From contig CM119372.1 in the NCBI GenBank assembly GCA_051294905.1, positions 33,544,001-33,608,000 of the forward strand: 64,000 bases of DNA. The letters run 5' to 3'. Source of the stretch: Botryllus schlosseri (Eukaryota). Shown piece after piece: positions 13,484 to 26,900 of this stretch (within the stretch, counting starts at the first letter, position 1; each line of letters opens with the position of its first letter). The notes beneath the pieces were generated by a model. It did not search any database. It was given only the letters and a program-made list of their open reading frames with translations, and had not been told where the DNA came from. Both the position numbers and the translations under genes were made by a program.

Positions 13484-15406
13484 GATGTGGGAGTGTTGAT
13501 ATATAACTGTGACGTCATAACTATAGCCTTCACGCTAACTAGAGCAAACTAGAATCTAGTACAGTGGATCTCAAACTTTTCGTATTTACGCCGGCAGCCA
13601 TAATAGGTGATTTTAATCCGGCGTTTAAAAGCGTGACAATCAACAAAAAGTACCATCGGCTTAATATATTTTTGTTGCGAATGATTAGTATGTATAGGCA
13701 ATGTAAAACCGAGCCTTGTGAGTTGCAATTAGATGCTACGTTTTATCAATCTGTAACGTTGCAGATCGGTGGAAAACCACATCCTTCAGTTACGCAGTCA
13801 CGGACGCGTCTGTAATACGATACGTTATTGTTCCACACGGCGGTAGCTCCACGATACATCATTTTGACAACTAGCTTCAGAATTAAAGAGCAGCCGGAAA
13901 TGAGGATAACTGAAATCCTCTTGCTTCTTATTACAAATCTACATACTGCTGTACGATCGTCTTGAAGCTGTCGCGCTGTGGCCTGCTATGGAAACCGCTG
14001 TATAGCATGGCGAAAAAATTGTATAGCATGGCGAAAAAATTGACGCGAGCAGACGCAACCTACAATGGATGTGGTAGCGGTGTTAGTTATGTGTAAATAT
14101 ACAGTGTTGTAAAATTTATGTTTAGGAGTAACGAAAATCCTTCGATCTCGGTTCATATCCTAATCGCGCAAAGAGGTTATGTATAGTATCTGATACATCA
14201 TATATTTATCGCTCATCGTCTTACTAACTAAAGACCTCGTAATAGTGGAGGCCTCATAAGGTCTCATTTTCTGAAAAGAGCAATGAGGTGAAAAAAGGGG
14301 AATAGAACGACTGCGGTCGAATCCTTATGCTGTTAAAATTATGCATCTCTCACGGGGAGTGGATGGCAACACAGCCCAGCCCTGACCCTCAGCATATGCC
14401 AATTTCCAGATTTTGATGAAGCATCAAATTCTACTTCTACTTGAAGTAGCTTTGGGCGACATCGAACAGCACTACTTCTACTCGTACTTGAGTAAAATTC
14501 TGCCTCGCTACTTCGACTTCTACTTGAGTAGCTTTCCTGACTCCTTTGACCACATTTGTTTTCATCCCACTGATTTCCTGTCATATCAAATGCACGTTAT
14601 TTACAACATTCATGTTCTGGAGAAGCAGAAATCTTTTGCGTGGGCCGCTAGGTGTTTAGCTCATTGATGCTTCGCTTGGTATGCATTCTGTTCGGTTCAC
14701 TCCGGATAGCCTCGTCGATCGATGTGAATCGTGAATTATCACCGGGTCATTGTGAAAACCCCTACTAATCAGCGGATGCCTATATATGTGTCCCGATTAC
14801 GCTAACAAAGAAAGTCACGAAATTATCAATTAACTTGACGAATACATTTTTCATCAACACATATAGTTTTATGACGAATCGGAATATAAGTACACGGAAG
14901 TTACAGCACGACGGAATTCGGCATGCACGAATAACTCAATATGGCACGGCATACGGGCAAGAGAATGAAAAGCCCCACATAACCTTCGTGAAACTAAGGC
15001 TGCAATTAGGTTTGAATAATATCATTCCATCTTCAATCGATAGTTCTGCACTGAATAATCATTTCAAATGCATTCGATTCCGATAACGCCATGCTTGGTA
15101 TTCTGATATCACCAATACTACGAACGACTTTTGCCTGGTGATCTGACGCATTAACACAAAGGAATAGTACTAATAGAATTTAAGGCTTGTATGTACTGTA
15201 CGAAGTGTTCCGGATAGCCAAGTCAATGACTATTCATGCTATAGCTATAGCTGCAGTTATCTATACACTGCTCTAGAGACCCAAACCAGATTATACAACA
15301 CCAAACACTAATAATAAAACCTGGCAAAATTCAAATTTCATGTTTATAGTCTAGGCCAGGACCAACAATACGTTCACGTCCATGGGGAAACTACGAGGGT
15401 GAAATG

Positions 15407-16405
15407 TAGGGATGGTGTGAACGCGAGGTTCACGTTCGCGTTCTGTGTGTGAACCTCGGAAATTTAGAGGTTCACGTTCACAACAGAACCTTGGTAGGTT
15501 CTGCACCGTGAACCTTTCGCGTATATTACAATTTTCACTTCATTATGACATTTTTCGTTCAAATTTATTGCATTTCAACTGCGAGCCACTCAATGCATGG
15601 CGCTGGCAGTATAAAAATCAACAGTAAACGACCAAACGACCATGCACCTTGACAATCTCAAAAGTTTTACTTGCTTTGTTACAATTGTTTGCTCGAAATA
15701 TCCAGCTTTATTACCCTTTGTGAACATTTAGTGACTCTCTGCTGTGAGCTTGACCCGCAATCACACAACATCACGAGCGAAATGCGTAGTCAGCAATGAT
15801 GCTTACTCCACCAATCAATGAGATTAATATCGTTTTCTGATGTAAAAAATCTAGCAGGAGTTCAGGGTCAATCTTGACTGCATAGGTTCACTGTATCATT
15901 AAATCCAAATCCGTACGGTTGAGGTGTTGGCTACTGCTGTATAACTTGTTAATGGAGTAAAATCGGTAGCAAGTATAGAAACCTGTTTTACACTCTGCTC
16001 GATATCAATGTAGCAATACTCAGACGCCGAATACATTGTCCGGTCTGGGCTAGACCGTTGAGGCGTAAGCTCTTATTCCCTGGTAATTCGTCGTCGAAAT
16101 TGTTGGCTAGACGACGGAAAATATTGATTTTATGGGATTATTATATCACTTGATTGCATCAGTTGATACATTTAGCGACGTTTAAAACGCCAATATGTAC
16201 CTCAGCATTGTGGCATTATGTTGTCCGAGTCGTCACTAGGTATTGTGTACAGCTGGAAGCTATCACTTCACTGAAAGATAGGATTGGAATTAGCAATATG
16301 ACGTCACGTGACGTCATGAGGTTCACGTTCGTGTTCACACAGAACCTTTCAAAAAGGTTCGCGTTCACACGAACCTGAACCTTTCAGAGGTTCGCACCAT
16401 CCCTA
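15407..16405. mobile_element. hAT-type MITE (GTTCAC/GTGAAC subterminal-repeat family)
   Basis: TIRs TAGGGATGGTG...CACCATCCCTA; perfect 8-bp TSD GTGAAATG. Same family as 48470-51162 and the fragment at ~30890-31430. Confidence 0.9.
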
Positions 16406-16429
16406 GTGAAATGCTGTTCAAAATGTATC

Positions 16430-17854
16430 TCATTTTGTTTTCAAATATGACCAGCAGAAGACATACAGAATGACACAAACGAAGTAGAAAGGTAGTGGAA
16501 AACACGCGGAAACGGCGACATTAATCGTATTGATCATGAGTCGTACTATAGCTGTGCTTATTGGGATGCTTATGACAGACCCGCAACTCGTAAGACAAAC
16601 CGCCCTTAACCGAATAGAAAAAGGTTGATCTATCATTACCGCCACTATGCGATGAGTTAGACAGACGAATGCAACATATCTCGTGCACTCAGCAAAGCTA
16701 GTTGCACCGATCACTAATGCTAAGGAATGTATATATTCCGATAAACCCAACGACACTAAGACGATCCCCATCATACTGCAGACTGTGAGCACGATCAACA
16801 CAAGGCGTGGCCTATCATATCGATCAAGAATGTATCCTAAAAGGGCTGAACCAATAGAGGATATGCATACGTTGCACATGAAGACTGTTCCAGCAAATAC
16901 ATCATTTGTGCCCGTGAACGTTGATGTGATGATGGAAGATAGGAGTATTTCTGTCAAAGGCAAGATTGTATATACGAACGAGCTTGCCGCAAGTAGCAAG
17001 ATATACGGTCGATTGTACCATACGTGTAAAAATCGTTTCAAGTCCTGCGGAAGATTCGGTGGTAGCTCTTCATTGGTGGTTTCTTTGAAATGTGACTGCC
17101 CGTCTTCCTGTGCTTTCGGGGGCGCTTCAGAAACTATAAACCATGAAGTCAGACAGCACAGAAACGATATTGACAATAGAGTGCCGAAGACAATCATGTA
17201 AGTTTTCGAATACTCTTCAGTTAGGTGACGTTTCACAAAGCTGTCCGTCGCGTTTAATGGACGTTCCGTCGCTAGGTTTGTAATACGTCCAATGGATCTT
17301 GTAGCAACAGCGTTCGACAGTATTGAAGTTATCCGTCTTGCGACAAGGGGTAGAGCGACAGCCCTTCCTCTTTCATACTTCGGAAACCAGTTCATAGCCA
17401 CCAATTGCAACAGCACTACTGTCAACGCAGACGATACTCCGGTCAACACCTGACCAAACATCACAAATCCAATATTATTTTGCGATGAAACACCAAATGC
17501 GATGAATGCATTGGCAAAAACCATAACGCCAGACGACAATAAAGTCATGTTTCGAAATTTTGCTCTGTCGCTGAAGAAACATACAACGATACCCGACACC
17601 ACTCTTGCCATATGATTAATGGACGTCAGTACGTCCACTACGGCTGGTCTGGCGGCGAAGAACACAGCTGTGATATCGTTTATGAATCCGAAGAACGACA
17701 AGTTGAAAATATCCAGCATCAAAATAAAACTTACGAGCAATAGCAATACCCATCGCTTCAGACAAATCTTGTAAATTGTGCCGTGGAGTTCAAATGTTTC
17801 CTGTTCCGTCGGCGGCTTATCGCCGCTTTCAATCTTTTCGTAAGCTGATCTCAT
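16430..17854 (-). CDS. Intronless MFS transporter, SLC49/FLVCR-like (474 aa from the first ATG)
   Basis: Long ORF with about 12 hydrophobic segments. Motifs YKICLKRWVLL, NWFPKYERGRA and the MFS motif-A-like GYILDRYDRPR resemble SLC49/FLVCR. First ATG is at 17854; the track start at 17872 is GTG. Confidence 0.85.
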   Translation of the reverse strand: MRSAYEKIESGDKPPTEQETFELHGTIYKICLKRWVLLLLVSFILMLDIFNLSFFGFINDITAVFFAARPAVVDVLTSINHMARVVSGIVVCFFSDRAKFRNMTLLSSGVMVFANAFIAFGVSSQNNIGFVMFGQVLTGVSSALTVVLLQLVAMNWFPKYERGRAVALPLVARRITSILSNAVATRSIGRITNLATERPLNATDSFVKRHLTEEYSKTYMIVFGTLLSISFLCCLTSWFIVSEAPPKAQEDGQSHFKETTNEELPPNLPQDLKRFLHVWYNRPYILLLAASSFVYTILPLTEILLSSIITSTFTGTNDVFAGTVFMCNVCISSIGSALLGYILDRYDRPRLVLIVLTVCSMMGIVLVSLGLSEYIHSLALVIGATSFAECTRYVAFVCLTHRIVAVMIDQPFSIRLRAVCLTSCGSVISIPISTAIVRLMINTINVAVSACFPLPFYFVCVILYVFCWSYLKTK

Positions 17855-19729
17855 TCTCAAGAATATACACACTTCATCACTTGCACCGCTCGGTATGGAT
17901 TGAGATGCGCAATGCGCATAAATCGATCAATCGCTTCCTGTTAAGGATAGTTGGTTCACGCACTCGTTCGTCCACAAATGAAAATTACGAAGTATGTCGG
18001 GCACCCGAAACACGGTGGCTCCTATTTTATATATGTATGTAGGAAATGTGAGAAAAACGTGACATTTACGTAACATCTGTACACGATATTGTAACATACA
18101 GGACGAAATCATTGAGATCAGTGGTTCTTCATATTTAATAATCTGCGGAACACTTACGGTAATATGCAAGCCCTCGCGAAGCCCCAAATTTTCGCTGAGT
18201 CATGAAAACAGAAATCTACCACAATACACATCTAACTACAGATCTAATACATTGCTATAGATTGCTGTGCATCAACAGCGTGGTAAAACAAAAACATTAA
18301 AACACGATTTCCACGCAAAACCAAAACATTATAATGAATATTCATTGAAAATCGGCTGTTCCCTTCCAGACACGAGATACCAGTTCAGAAATGCGAGGTT
18401 TCACATTGTTAAGTGTCATGGTCACCGTGTTGATCGCTCAAACGAAAGCGTGATACCAATTGCTTCATTGCAAATGATCTTGTTAATATTGGTAATTTTG
18501 TTTCCCAATATCGAACCTCAACCTTCCCGCGTATGCCACAACAGTCATGATTCGACTGCGCGGGCCTAAATATCTGCAAACAAAGATGGCCAAGAAGGGC
18601 GTATCTTCACTAGGGCGATTTTTTTAACCTAAAAAACGGAAGATTTTGACACAAAAAACTTGATTTTAACCAAATTCTGACCTCACATATGCAGATTAGG
18701 TGTTTCCGCACATAATGTTAAAATTGTACTACTTAGCTTCATTTCAGGTTGAAATTGTCTGTTCTTACGAAGTAATTTGGTCGGATATACATTGATCATA
18801 ACACCATGTTAACCTATTTGTTTCATTTGACCGTTTATGATTCACAATGAGCAGACAATCGGCCGCCTTTAACGGTGGGCCCATAAAGAAGGCTACAAGC
18901 TGTACAATATGAAATGATAAGTTCACTGACAGTGCAAAATCTACGATACAAACGAAATGTGTCTTGGCCTCTACAGAGCCCCCGAGACTGACTCCGGGTA
19001 CCCCTAGTGTTCCATAGAACACCGCCTGAGAACCACAACAATGTAGATTGCAGAGATAGAATTGTCCTTTCAAAGGAACGGGGTTCCGATTCTAAACCTA
19101 AACCCCTGCGCATGGCACAGCACACGACCTGTAACCACGGCATTTACAATTTGGATAGTTATTGAGCCTAATTCCCTGCACCCAATAATGGTGTGTCATC
19201 ACAAGTCATACAAACGAGTTTTGTGCGTCTTGGCCTTCTGCGGAACGCCTGGAACACCAGTTAAGAACCAATGATTCAGATGCTTTATAGTCTCCATGTC
19301 TGTAAGAGAATTCGTGATATCCTCTGGTAGGGCAATCCAACGAAGAATATATTTAGTGCAATGCAGCTTTATTAGAACCACATGATTCATAACTATACAT
19401 TTGCGGTTGTACGCATCATTTTCATATCACACGATACCTAGACACATTAACCCGAACACAAACATAGTTACATGTACAGTGTACACCACACATTACACAG
19501 ATATACAAATTCCATACCTAACATAAATGTATATATGCCGGCGATGATTTTCCGATGTTTGAGTGTTAGTTCTTCGGTACCTTCTTGCGAGGCAGAGCAT
19601 AGTAAATTAGTTCTACAGATTACGGTGTAACAATATAGTGAATGTATTGAGGATGATATCTGTGGTGATTAAGTTCCTTTGACCACTAGAGGGTGCTTCT
19701 GCTGATTGCATTATGATAAACCTTTACAC

Positions 19730-20536
19730 CACGGGTGGCCAACCTCTTCGGCCAAAGGCAACATGAGATTTACGAACCATTGCGCGGGCCACTTGACTGT
19801 TGATGACCCTCTTTTAGTCGTGTGACAGCAGTGAACTTGGTTAAATAGCGGTGCAACAAGACTTATATTGCTACGCATCAAAATCGCGCAACAATTATGT
19901 CGTTAAAACTTACTGTGCATTCATGTCCTAGCCGTACCGAGGGCGAAAATCTTTTCAACGGTATTGAATGAATTCGGCCAACAAAAGTGTTACTTTAGGA
20001 TCTGTATAGCGCTGGGCTAATTTAGCAAGGACAGGAATATTTGGCGCTTAGACGTATAAATATAGAATATTTCAGCGAATATGCGTCTATCATTTGGTGC
20101 GAAGGTTTCATTGCCGATGATCTTTCAGCGAGTTCAGACGCGAAGTCGGATGTTGGACGACACGCTCTCTCATAATTGCGAATATAGTTAGTCCCAATTC
20201 TGTATATTCGGCGAATTTGTAATTTTCAGGAGGTGGTACCAATAGATCTACGAAAAGCAAAAAATCGGGTGACAATAAATCGCGCGAAGTGCTAAGAAAA
20301 ATATCAAGTCAAATAAATCTGTCACGAAATATTCTACTTTATGATCAATTGGTCATATACGAAGCTTTACGAAAAATGTGGTTGGCGCATGGCTATGTCA
20401 ATGCGTTCGGATGGATATTCATCAACATCCCAAATTTCAATGGTCAGGAATATCACATTTTCGGTTGGAGTTGCAAGTTTTGAAATTATAACTAATTTCG
20501 AGAATTACCTTGCGGGCCACCGGATGGCCGGCCCTG
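19730..20536. mobile_element. hAT (Charlie/Buster-type) MITE
   Basis: CACGGGTGGCCAACC...GGATGGCCGGCCCTG; TSD CTTTACAC/CTTTACAG. Confidence 0.7.
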
Positions 20537-20628
20537 CTTTACAGGGGCACTATTCATTTCATTCTGCTGGCTACTAGTTAAGTGTGGAATCGGTTCTGTT
20601 CGTTGTAGCCTACATGCGATAACTCTGT

Positions 20629-20634
20629 TTTATT
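20629..20634 (-). terminator. Candidate polyadenylation signal of PIPOX
   Basis: AATAAA on the minus strand about 170 nt downstream of the stop codon. Confidence 0.4.
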
Positions 20635-20804
20635 GTCGTATTGTATTCAGATATACTAGCTTTCTTTTTTTGTCAATAATAGCCTAGAAACCGATCGTAT
20701 TGCGAGTTCTATCAAAAGGTACAACAATATCCCTAACGATAACTATGATGAATTGCTGTTTAAAAGGAGGTCATTCAATAGCACATGAACAAGTCCCTTG
20801 TTAA

Positions 20805-20929
20805 TTACAGTCTTGATATACTGCTGCAGCGACGCAGTGCAAATGGCTCTGGGTTGTACGGTGGTTGAAGACCAAGAGCCATGTTGGCCAACATATGTCC
20901 AACAGAAGGTGCTGTCTTGAATCCATGTC
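20805..20929 (-). CDS. PIPOX: PIPOX exon 9 (last, PTS1)
   Basis: GHGFKTAPSVGHMLANMALG...SSISRL-stop. Confidence 0.9.
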
Positions 20930-23900
20930 CTAAAGAAATTGTTGATGTCTCATTTTATACTTTGCTCATGTTCTTGGACTATCACACCCATAGTGTGTCC
21001 TTGAACCCACGGTAAGCTATGGATATTTGTACATGATTTCTTTCAGAGAATATTATCAAAAGCTCGAACTATACAAAGAAGAAGTAAAATCAGTATATTA
21101 AGAGACTCAATGAACTTCGATATAAGATTGAATATATTATTCAAAAGTAGTATTGTCGACATCCGGAGGGGAAAACAGTCACGAGGCACAACATGGGCAG
21201 AGGTGGTCACGTAGTAACTGTCGATACTCAATTACAAGTATCAATAATATCGTAAACGTCTACTCAACTATAGGTAAGATAAGCTTTTGACTAGACATGC
21301 AAAAATAAGTTCAAAATGAAATAGAAAACGCGAGGTAAGTACTAAAGTAAGTTGTTCGAAGGAGAAGAATACCGGTCTAGTTTAAAATGAACATAAATGT
21401 AGAAATATACTATGGATACGGGGTGTCGCATAAATTTGGTTAGTCAATCGTAGGCGACAGTTTTTAGAATTGCGAAACGTGTCTTCGCCAGTAACGCAGA
21501 ATAGCTACTAATGATGATAAAAGTACTTGCAATTTCTGAAATTATATTTTGGGATTACAAGCTGTCACTGGAAATTCACCGACGAAAATTACGCAAAACT
21601 ATTAAAACTGTCTACCTGACAAGATCTGAGCCATAAAAGATAAGAAGAGTTTAGCTTCTTGTAGTTCAAGTAACAGTGAAAACAGCTTGGTTTTATTCTG
21701 ATTTGTGTGGAGATGGTGTTAGATATGTGAACAGTCTTGGGAAAATCACTTCATTCCAGATCACAGTACATTACTACAGACGTACCGGAAAATCCAGATC
21801 CGATGACGATGTTGCGGTGTTCTGGGTGGTGATCGATGATAAAATTTCTGTCAGGAGTTTCCTGTCGAGAATGACAGTACAGCATTGAAAGGAGGTTTGA
21901 ACATGTAAAAATATCACAAATTTCGGGAATGTCTGGAGTATTAAGAATTAATTCCCATGAAAAAGGCAGATGTGTTCGAAGTACTTCTGTTACCAGTAGA
22001 AGTAACTTGGTGAATTCCCACTCAATTACTTGTAGAAGTGGCGATTTCCTATACCTGTCCAAAGTAGTTTAAGTACAAGTAGAATAGTATGTCAGAAGAA
22101 CATTGGAGTGAGTAGTTTCAGGCAGTGTTGGGATGACTCGAGTCATGACTTGACTCGAGTCAGACTCGAGTCACCTTTTTCGTATGACTTGACTTGACTC
22201 GAGTCACTTTGCTAAAATGACTTGACTTGACTTGACTTGGCGTATCAGAAATGTGGATTGACTCGTGACTCGGACCAAAATTCACGAGTCAATTTCAAGT
22301 CATCAAGTAATCAGTGTCGATAAAAATCACTGTATCTTGCATATGTTCGGATTGTTCGAGAAACGCTGGTATAACCCTGGAGAGCGACCAATCATTCATT
22401 GATCGAGTATTTTACTGAGCCTCGATTGTTCTCTCATAAATAAATTGACCGCAAACGAAGTGATCGAAGCTTGTCGTAAACTCTAGTAGTACAGTAAAGT
22501 AATAAAATAGCAAAGTGTATCTGTCTCTGTTCTTTTTTTCCTTACCAAACCTCTTGTTTTATTGAAATTGAATTCTAATATACGTTATATTGTCGTCGAC
22601 CATTAGCGCATGCTCGAATTGTATCATATCTATTTTTAAATGGGTAATGTATAAAATCTTATCACTTCGTTTCTCCATTCTGGATTTTGGTTGGTGACTA
22701 TTAACTGAGGCCATGCAACATTTCTACGCATACGTGAGCGATACAACGTCTTCTAGCGTGTATATTTACCTCTATATTCGTTCATCGGTTCGGAATCAGT
22801 GACCACTCAATCTGTATTTCAGACAGCTAGCAACTTACAATGACGTAATCATGCCTCACACTTCGAAAATGCAACTTGACTTGAAATGTGACTTGACTCG
22901 TGACTTGACTTGACTTGACTCGACTTGACTCGAGTCACCTCGGAAAATCGATTGACTTGACTTGACTCGAGTCACCTTTGAAAATCGATTGACTTGACTT
23001 GACTCGAGTCAAAATGTCCAATGACTCGGAATGACTCGTGACTCGAAGGTAGTGACTTGATCCCAACACTGGTTTCAGGGAGTATGGGTTCGATCTTTTA
23101 TCAGTTCATTAGAGGCGGCTATTTTCTATATGGCAATATTTTATCTTCTTGCCTAATACAAAATATAAAATGACGATATAAATGGGTGAAATCCGCAAAA
23201 AGATATGTAGTTACCGCGATTTCACCCAGTTGCTTTGATGAGTTCACTCTTCAAAGGGATGCAAACATGTCCCAAACCGAATGTGTACTTTCCCAAACGG
23301 AAGTAGTTTTTCCAAAACAAATCCTAACACCGCTTGCCTGAAACAGGCAACGGGATCGATTAACGCAGTGGTTATTAAAGTATAAGTCTCGAAGGGTACA
23401 AATTGGGGTCACGACTAGGACTGGTCGCAATGATTTGCGTACTCGAATCTGATCGAGCACTTAATCTAATAATTCGAGTCGATTAATGTAAGATGATTTT
23501 TCCCAGTACTGAAATTATACGGTCCGTGTCACTAAGAGATATTTTACCGACGGAACTGCAGTATGTATACTATTTGCCACTGCGGGAGGTTGTACACCTG
23601 GATTTGTCGTAGGCCTATTGCAGCATACAAACAAGTACAAAGCCACGCACCAGAACTAACATTTATTGTAGGCCTAAATCATATTTGCGCTCCAATCGAA
23701 CGTCTGTAGTCGCCTTGGTCGATTGCGTATCAATTGTGTCTGGTATCATAGCCAATAAGTTGAACGCGCACCTACGTATCTACGACAATATGTCATGATC
23801 ATGAAAGATGTGCCCACCACTGTATCATACAAGCAGAGTTGTAACCAAGACACTATAGGCTCCGAGTCACAAGTCAAGCTCCCTTTTATAGTTTTGACTC

Positions 23901-26900
23901 GAGTAAAGTCGAGTCATTTTCAATTCACCACCGAGTCAAGTCAGAGTCAAAATCAACGATCAGAGGGTCAAGTCCGAGTCATGGTATTATGACTCGAGTC
24001 CGAGTCCAAGTCATTGTGTCGACTGCTCAGTTTCCAGTTAAAGTCTTGTTGAACCCACTTTTTATAACTGTTTGGTGATATAGAATGATTCGCATTTATA
24101 ATATACTACTTTTCCTCAATTATAGCAGTTTCTGGTCGCATTTTTAAGTACCAGTACCAATAGACGAAATCCCATTAGTGTGGTTACTTTACTATTCTTC
24201 GAAATTACAATGAAATGTCGATCTTGGACGTCAGAGTCTTTAGTCATATGACTTGGTTCGAGTCAATGACTCGAGTCCAAGTCGAGTCAATACACAGATT
24301 GACTCGAGTCGAGTCGAGTCATTTCCGTATTTTGAGAAAATGACTCGAGTCATCAGAAAATCGTGACTTGAGTCAGACTGGAGTCATTACATTCCTGCAT
24401 ACATGTCGGTTTGATGTCACATATACGTGGTACGGATACCTACTACGTTTGTCTGCAAAGCCATGACTACCAGGGTAAAGATAGTCGCTACGGGATATGT
24501 ATTGGAATCACTCACACTTAACAGACCAAACTAAAAGAAAATCTCTTTCGATTCCAAACTCGCATTTCGTCATAATGCAAAATATTTTCCTCTACGGGTG
24601 GCGTTGATATCGCGCGGCTGCATGCCCATGATTATTCAGTGCCGTTCATCTCAGTAACTGGACATGTGAATATGGCCAACACGGCGGTGCTCTGCGCCAG
24701 TCGGAGAAGCCATGAGTACCAGTAACACTGATTTCGTCTTTTGACTGACTCGGCTGGGGATTGAACCAATGACCTACTGATCAAGAAGCCGGACGATCCA
24801 CCATTGCGATATTTTGTCGATCGCCTCCCCGAATTTAAGAATTGTTTTGTAATGAATTATGTTTCCTAGAACTGCAAAGCTTAGAACTGGTTGTCTGCAC
24901 CTTCTCTATTTCATACATGCACGTAAATTGCTACACTACAATAACATTAGAATGCGTTTCTTTAGATGTATGAGGCTTAGGTCACGAGATGTTACACTGA
25001 GATTTAGATCGGGCTATAGAAAGTTTAAGAGCCACTGCCTTATCAAATCTGTTTTGTCTCCATTGGGGTGAACATTCGAAAAAACTAGGTGAAATCGACT
25101 AGGAAAAAGTTGAACAAAAATAGCTTTAGAAGTAACCGTATACCGAATTCGGCTGTGGTGTTGCATTTACGTTTGTCAATAAACCATAAAAGTTGGGTGC
25201 GCGTTTCGGGGGCGTCACGAATTTCAAGTTGACTACGTCTGCGTCAAAAAATCATCTCGCGGCCACTTTTGGAACGCGCGCCAGGGGTTGCCGACCCTGA
25301 TTTAGATCATTTGCACCACCCCGCTATTTCCCTACTCTTACTGTGTAAATGCATGATTCGATTAGAGCTGGATCTGAACTATCGACATCGGTGTAGTGGG
25401 TTTGGATATTCTTCCTGATGGCTTCAATGTGACTGTCAGCTGCTCTTCTCCATTCAGGAGTCAGTTGATCTCTGGCTGTGGGGTCGCAAGGCGTGCCGAT
25501 ATGCCAGCCTAGCTGTAAATACAAATGCGATGTAATTAGGAATGAATGTCAGAAAAAATTACACTCATTTTACCTTCATCAATCCCGAATATTCTAGTGA
25601 TGGCATGCAATAAAAGCAAGCCAGCCCGTGAGGTATCATAACACAGGGAAATCCATTCGAGGCCGAATATTTATCTTTCGATGACGTGTCCTTCCAGTAC
25701 GTGACTTGAACTCGCAGCAACTTTGGTTGATAAAAATTAATTAGTAAACTGCTAAAATTCGTTGCCGGAACTTACCATGAAGCAAGGCGAAAGTATAAGT
25801 AAATATATATATATATATACTAGAGGTCGACCGATTATCGGCCAGGCCGATTATCGAAGCCGATATTTGAAACTTTCACGATTATCGATATCGGGCTATG
25901 AAGGCCGATATCGCGGTCGATATATTTTATAAAAAAGAATATTGGAAATTACATGCTCAGTGTTCCCAATCTCAAGAAATCGGCGAAGCAAAAGGGCGAT
26001 ACGTGATAGATTACATTTGCAGGAGGACAAGTTGAATTGGTGAGCAGGCAGAGAAGCTGTGCTTCCTGCATTGCAATTTACCTCGACTGGACTGCCCAAT
26101 TCAGCAATAATTCTTTTAATTTCAATTTGCTTGTTTGTTGCTCAGCTATATAATCTTTTTTTGGGAAATGGTTCTCTGCTCCTCCCATATTAATGTCGGC
26201 CTGTGTTATCGGTTACCGGCCTTGCGAGTGTGTCGATAATCGGTATCGGTATCGGCCTTCAAATATCGATATCGGTCGATCTCTAATAAATATATATACA
26301 TTATATATATACCCACGAGGATGGCTTAAATACTTTAAAATATATTTTGCGATTCAAAATGTGAATAAATATGTCCCAACTCCAACATTTGAAAGAATTA
26401 GGCCAAAAATACCTTCTCCTTTCACATACTAATTACAAGCGACATCGCTACCCCGGAAGGTAATGGTTACGGTTAACGAATTTCTATAAGCACGAACCTA
26501 TGAGGTCACGAGGACTTAATTAGCGTAGTTGGTTAATCAACCGCCATCGGCTTGTGAAACTGCGGTTCGAGTCTAGGCACGTTTCGAAGTGTTTGGTTAT
26601 TTATATGGGCTCCTCCTCCTTTGCGTCGATGTTATGACGGTTTCATTACAATATAGTGCTCAGCTGAAGATCCAGCTAAGGATAAATACATTCTGGGGTA
26701 GATACTGTCTGTTCTTACTAAGTAGCTTGCCAAGAATGGAGAAAGGACATTCAACAGTTGCAGTTGTTGATTGACAACACCGAAGTTGTGCGTACACTGC
26801 TGGTGACACACCGTGCTGCTTCATTATGACAATGCAGTCTGCATCACAATTTTTCATCATGTGCTTCTTGACATAAGAAAAAGCAGAATCTACTCGCGTA

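Noticed and set aside
16683..17201. 172-aa plus-strand ORF
   Set aside because: Antisense shadow of the MFS gene.
22123..24397. GACTT/GAGTC arrays as CRISPR-like or satellite repeats
   Set aside because: There are no unique spacers; these are subterminal repeats of TIR/TSD-bounded hAT MITEs in eukaryotic DNA.
24640..26625. Functional tRNA genes
   Set aside because: Only degenerate A/B boxes and no cloverleaf; treated as SINE heads.
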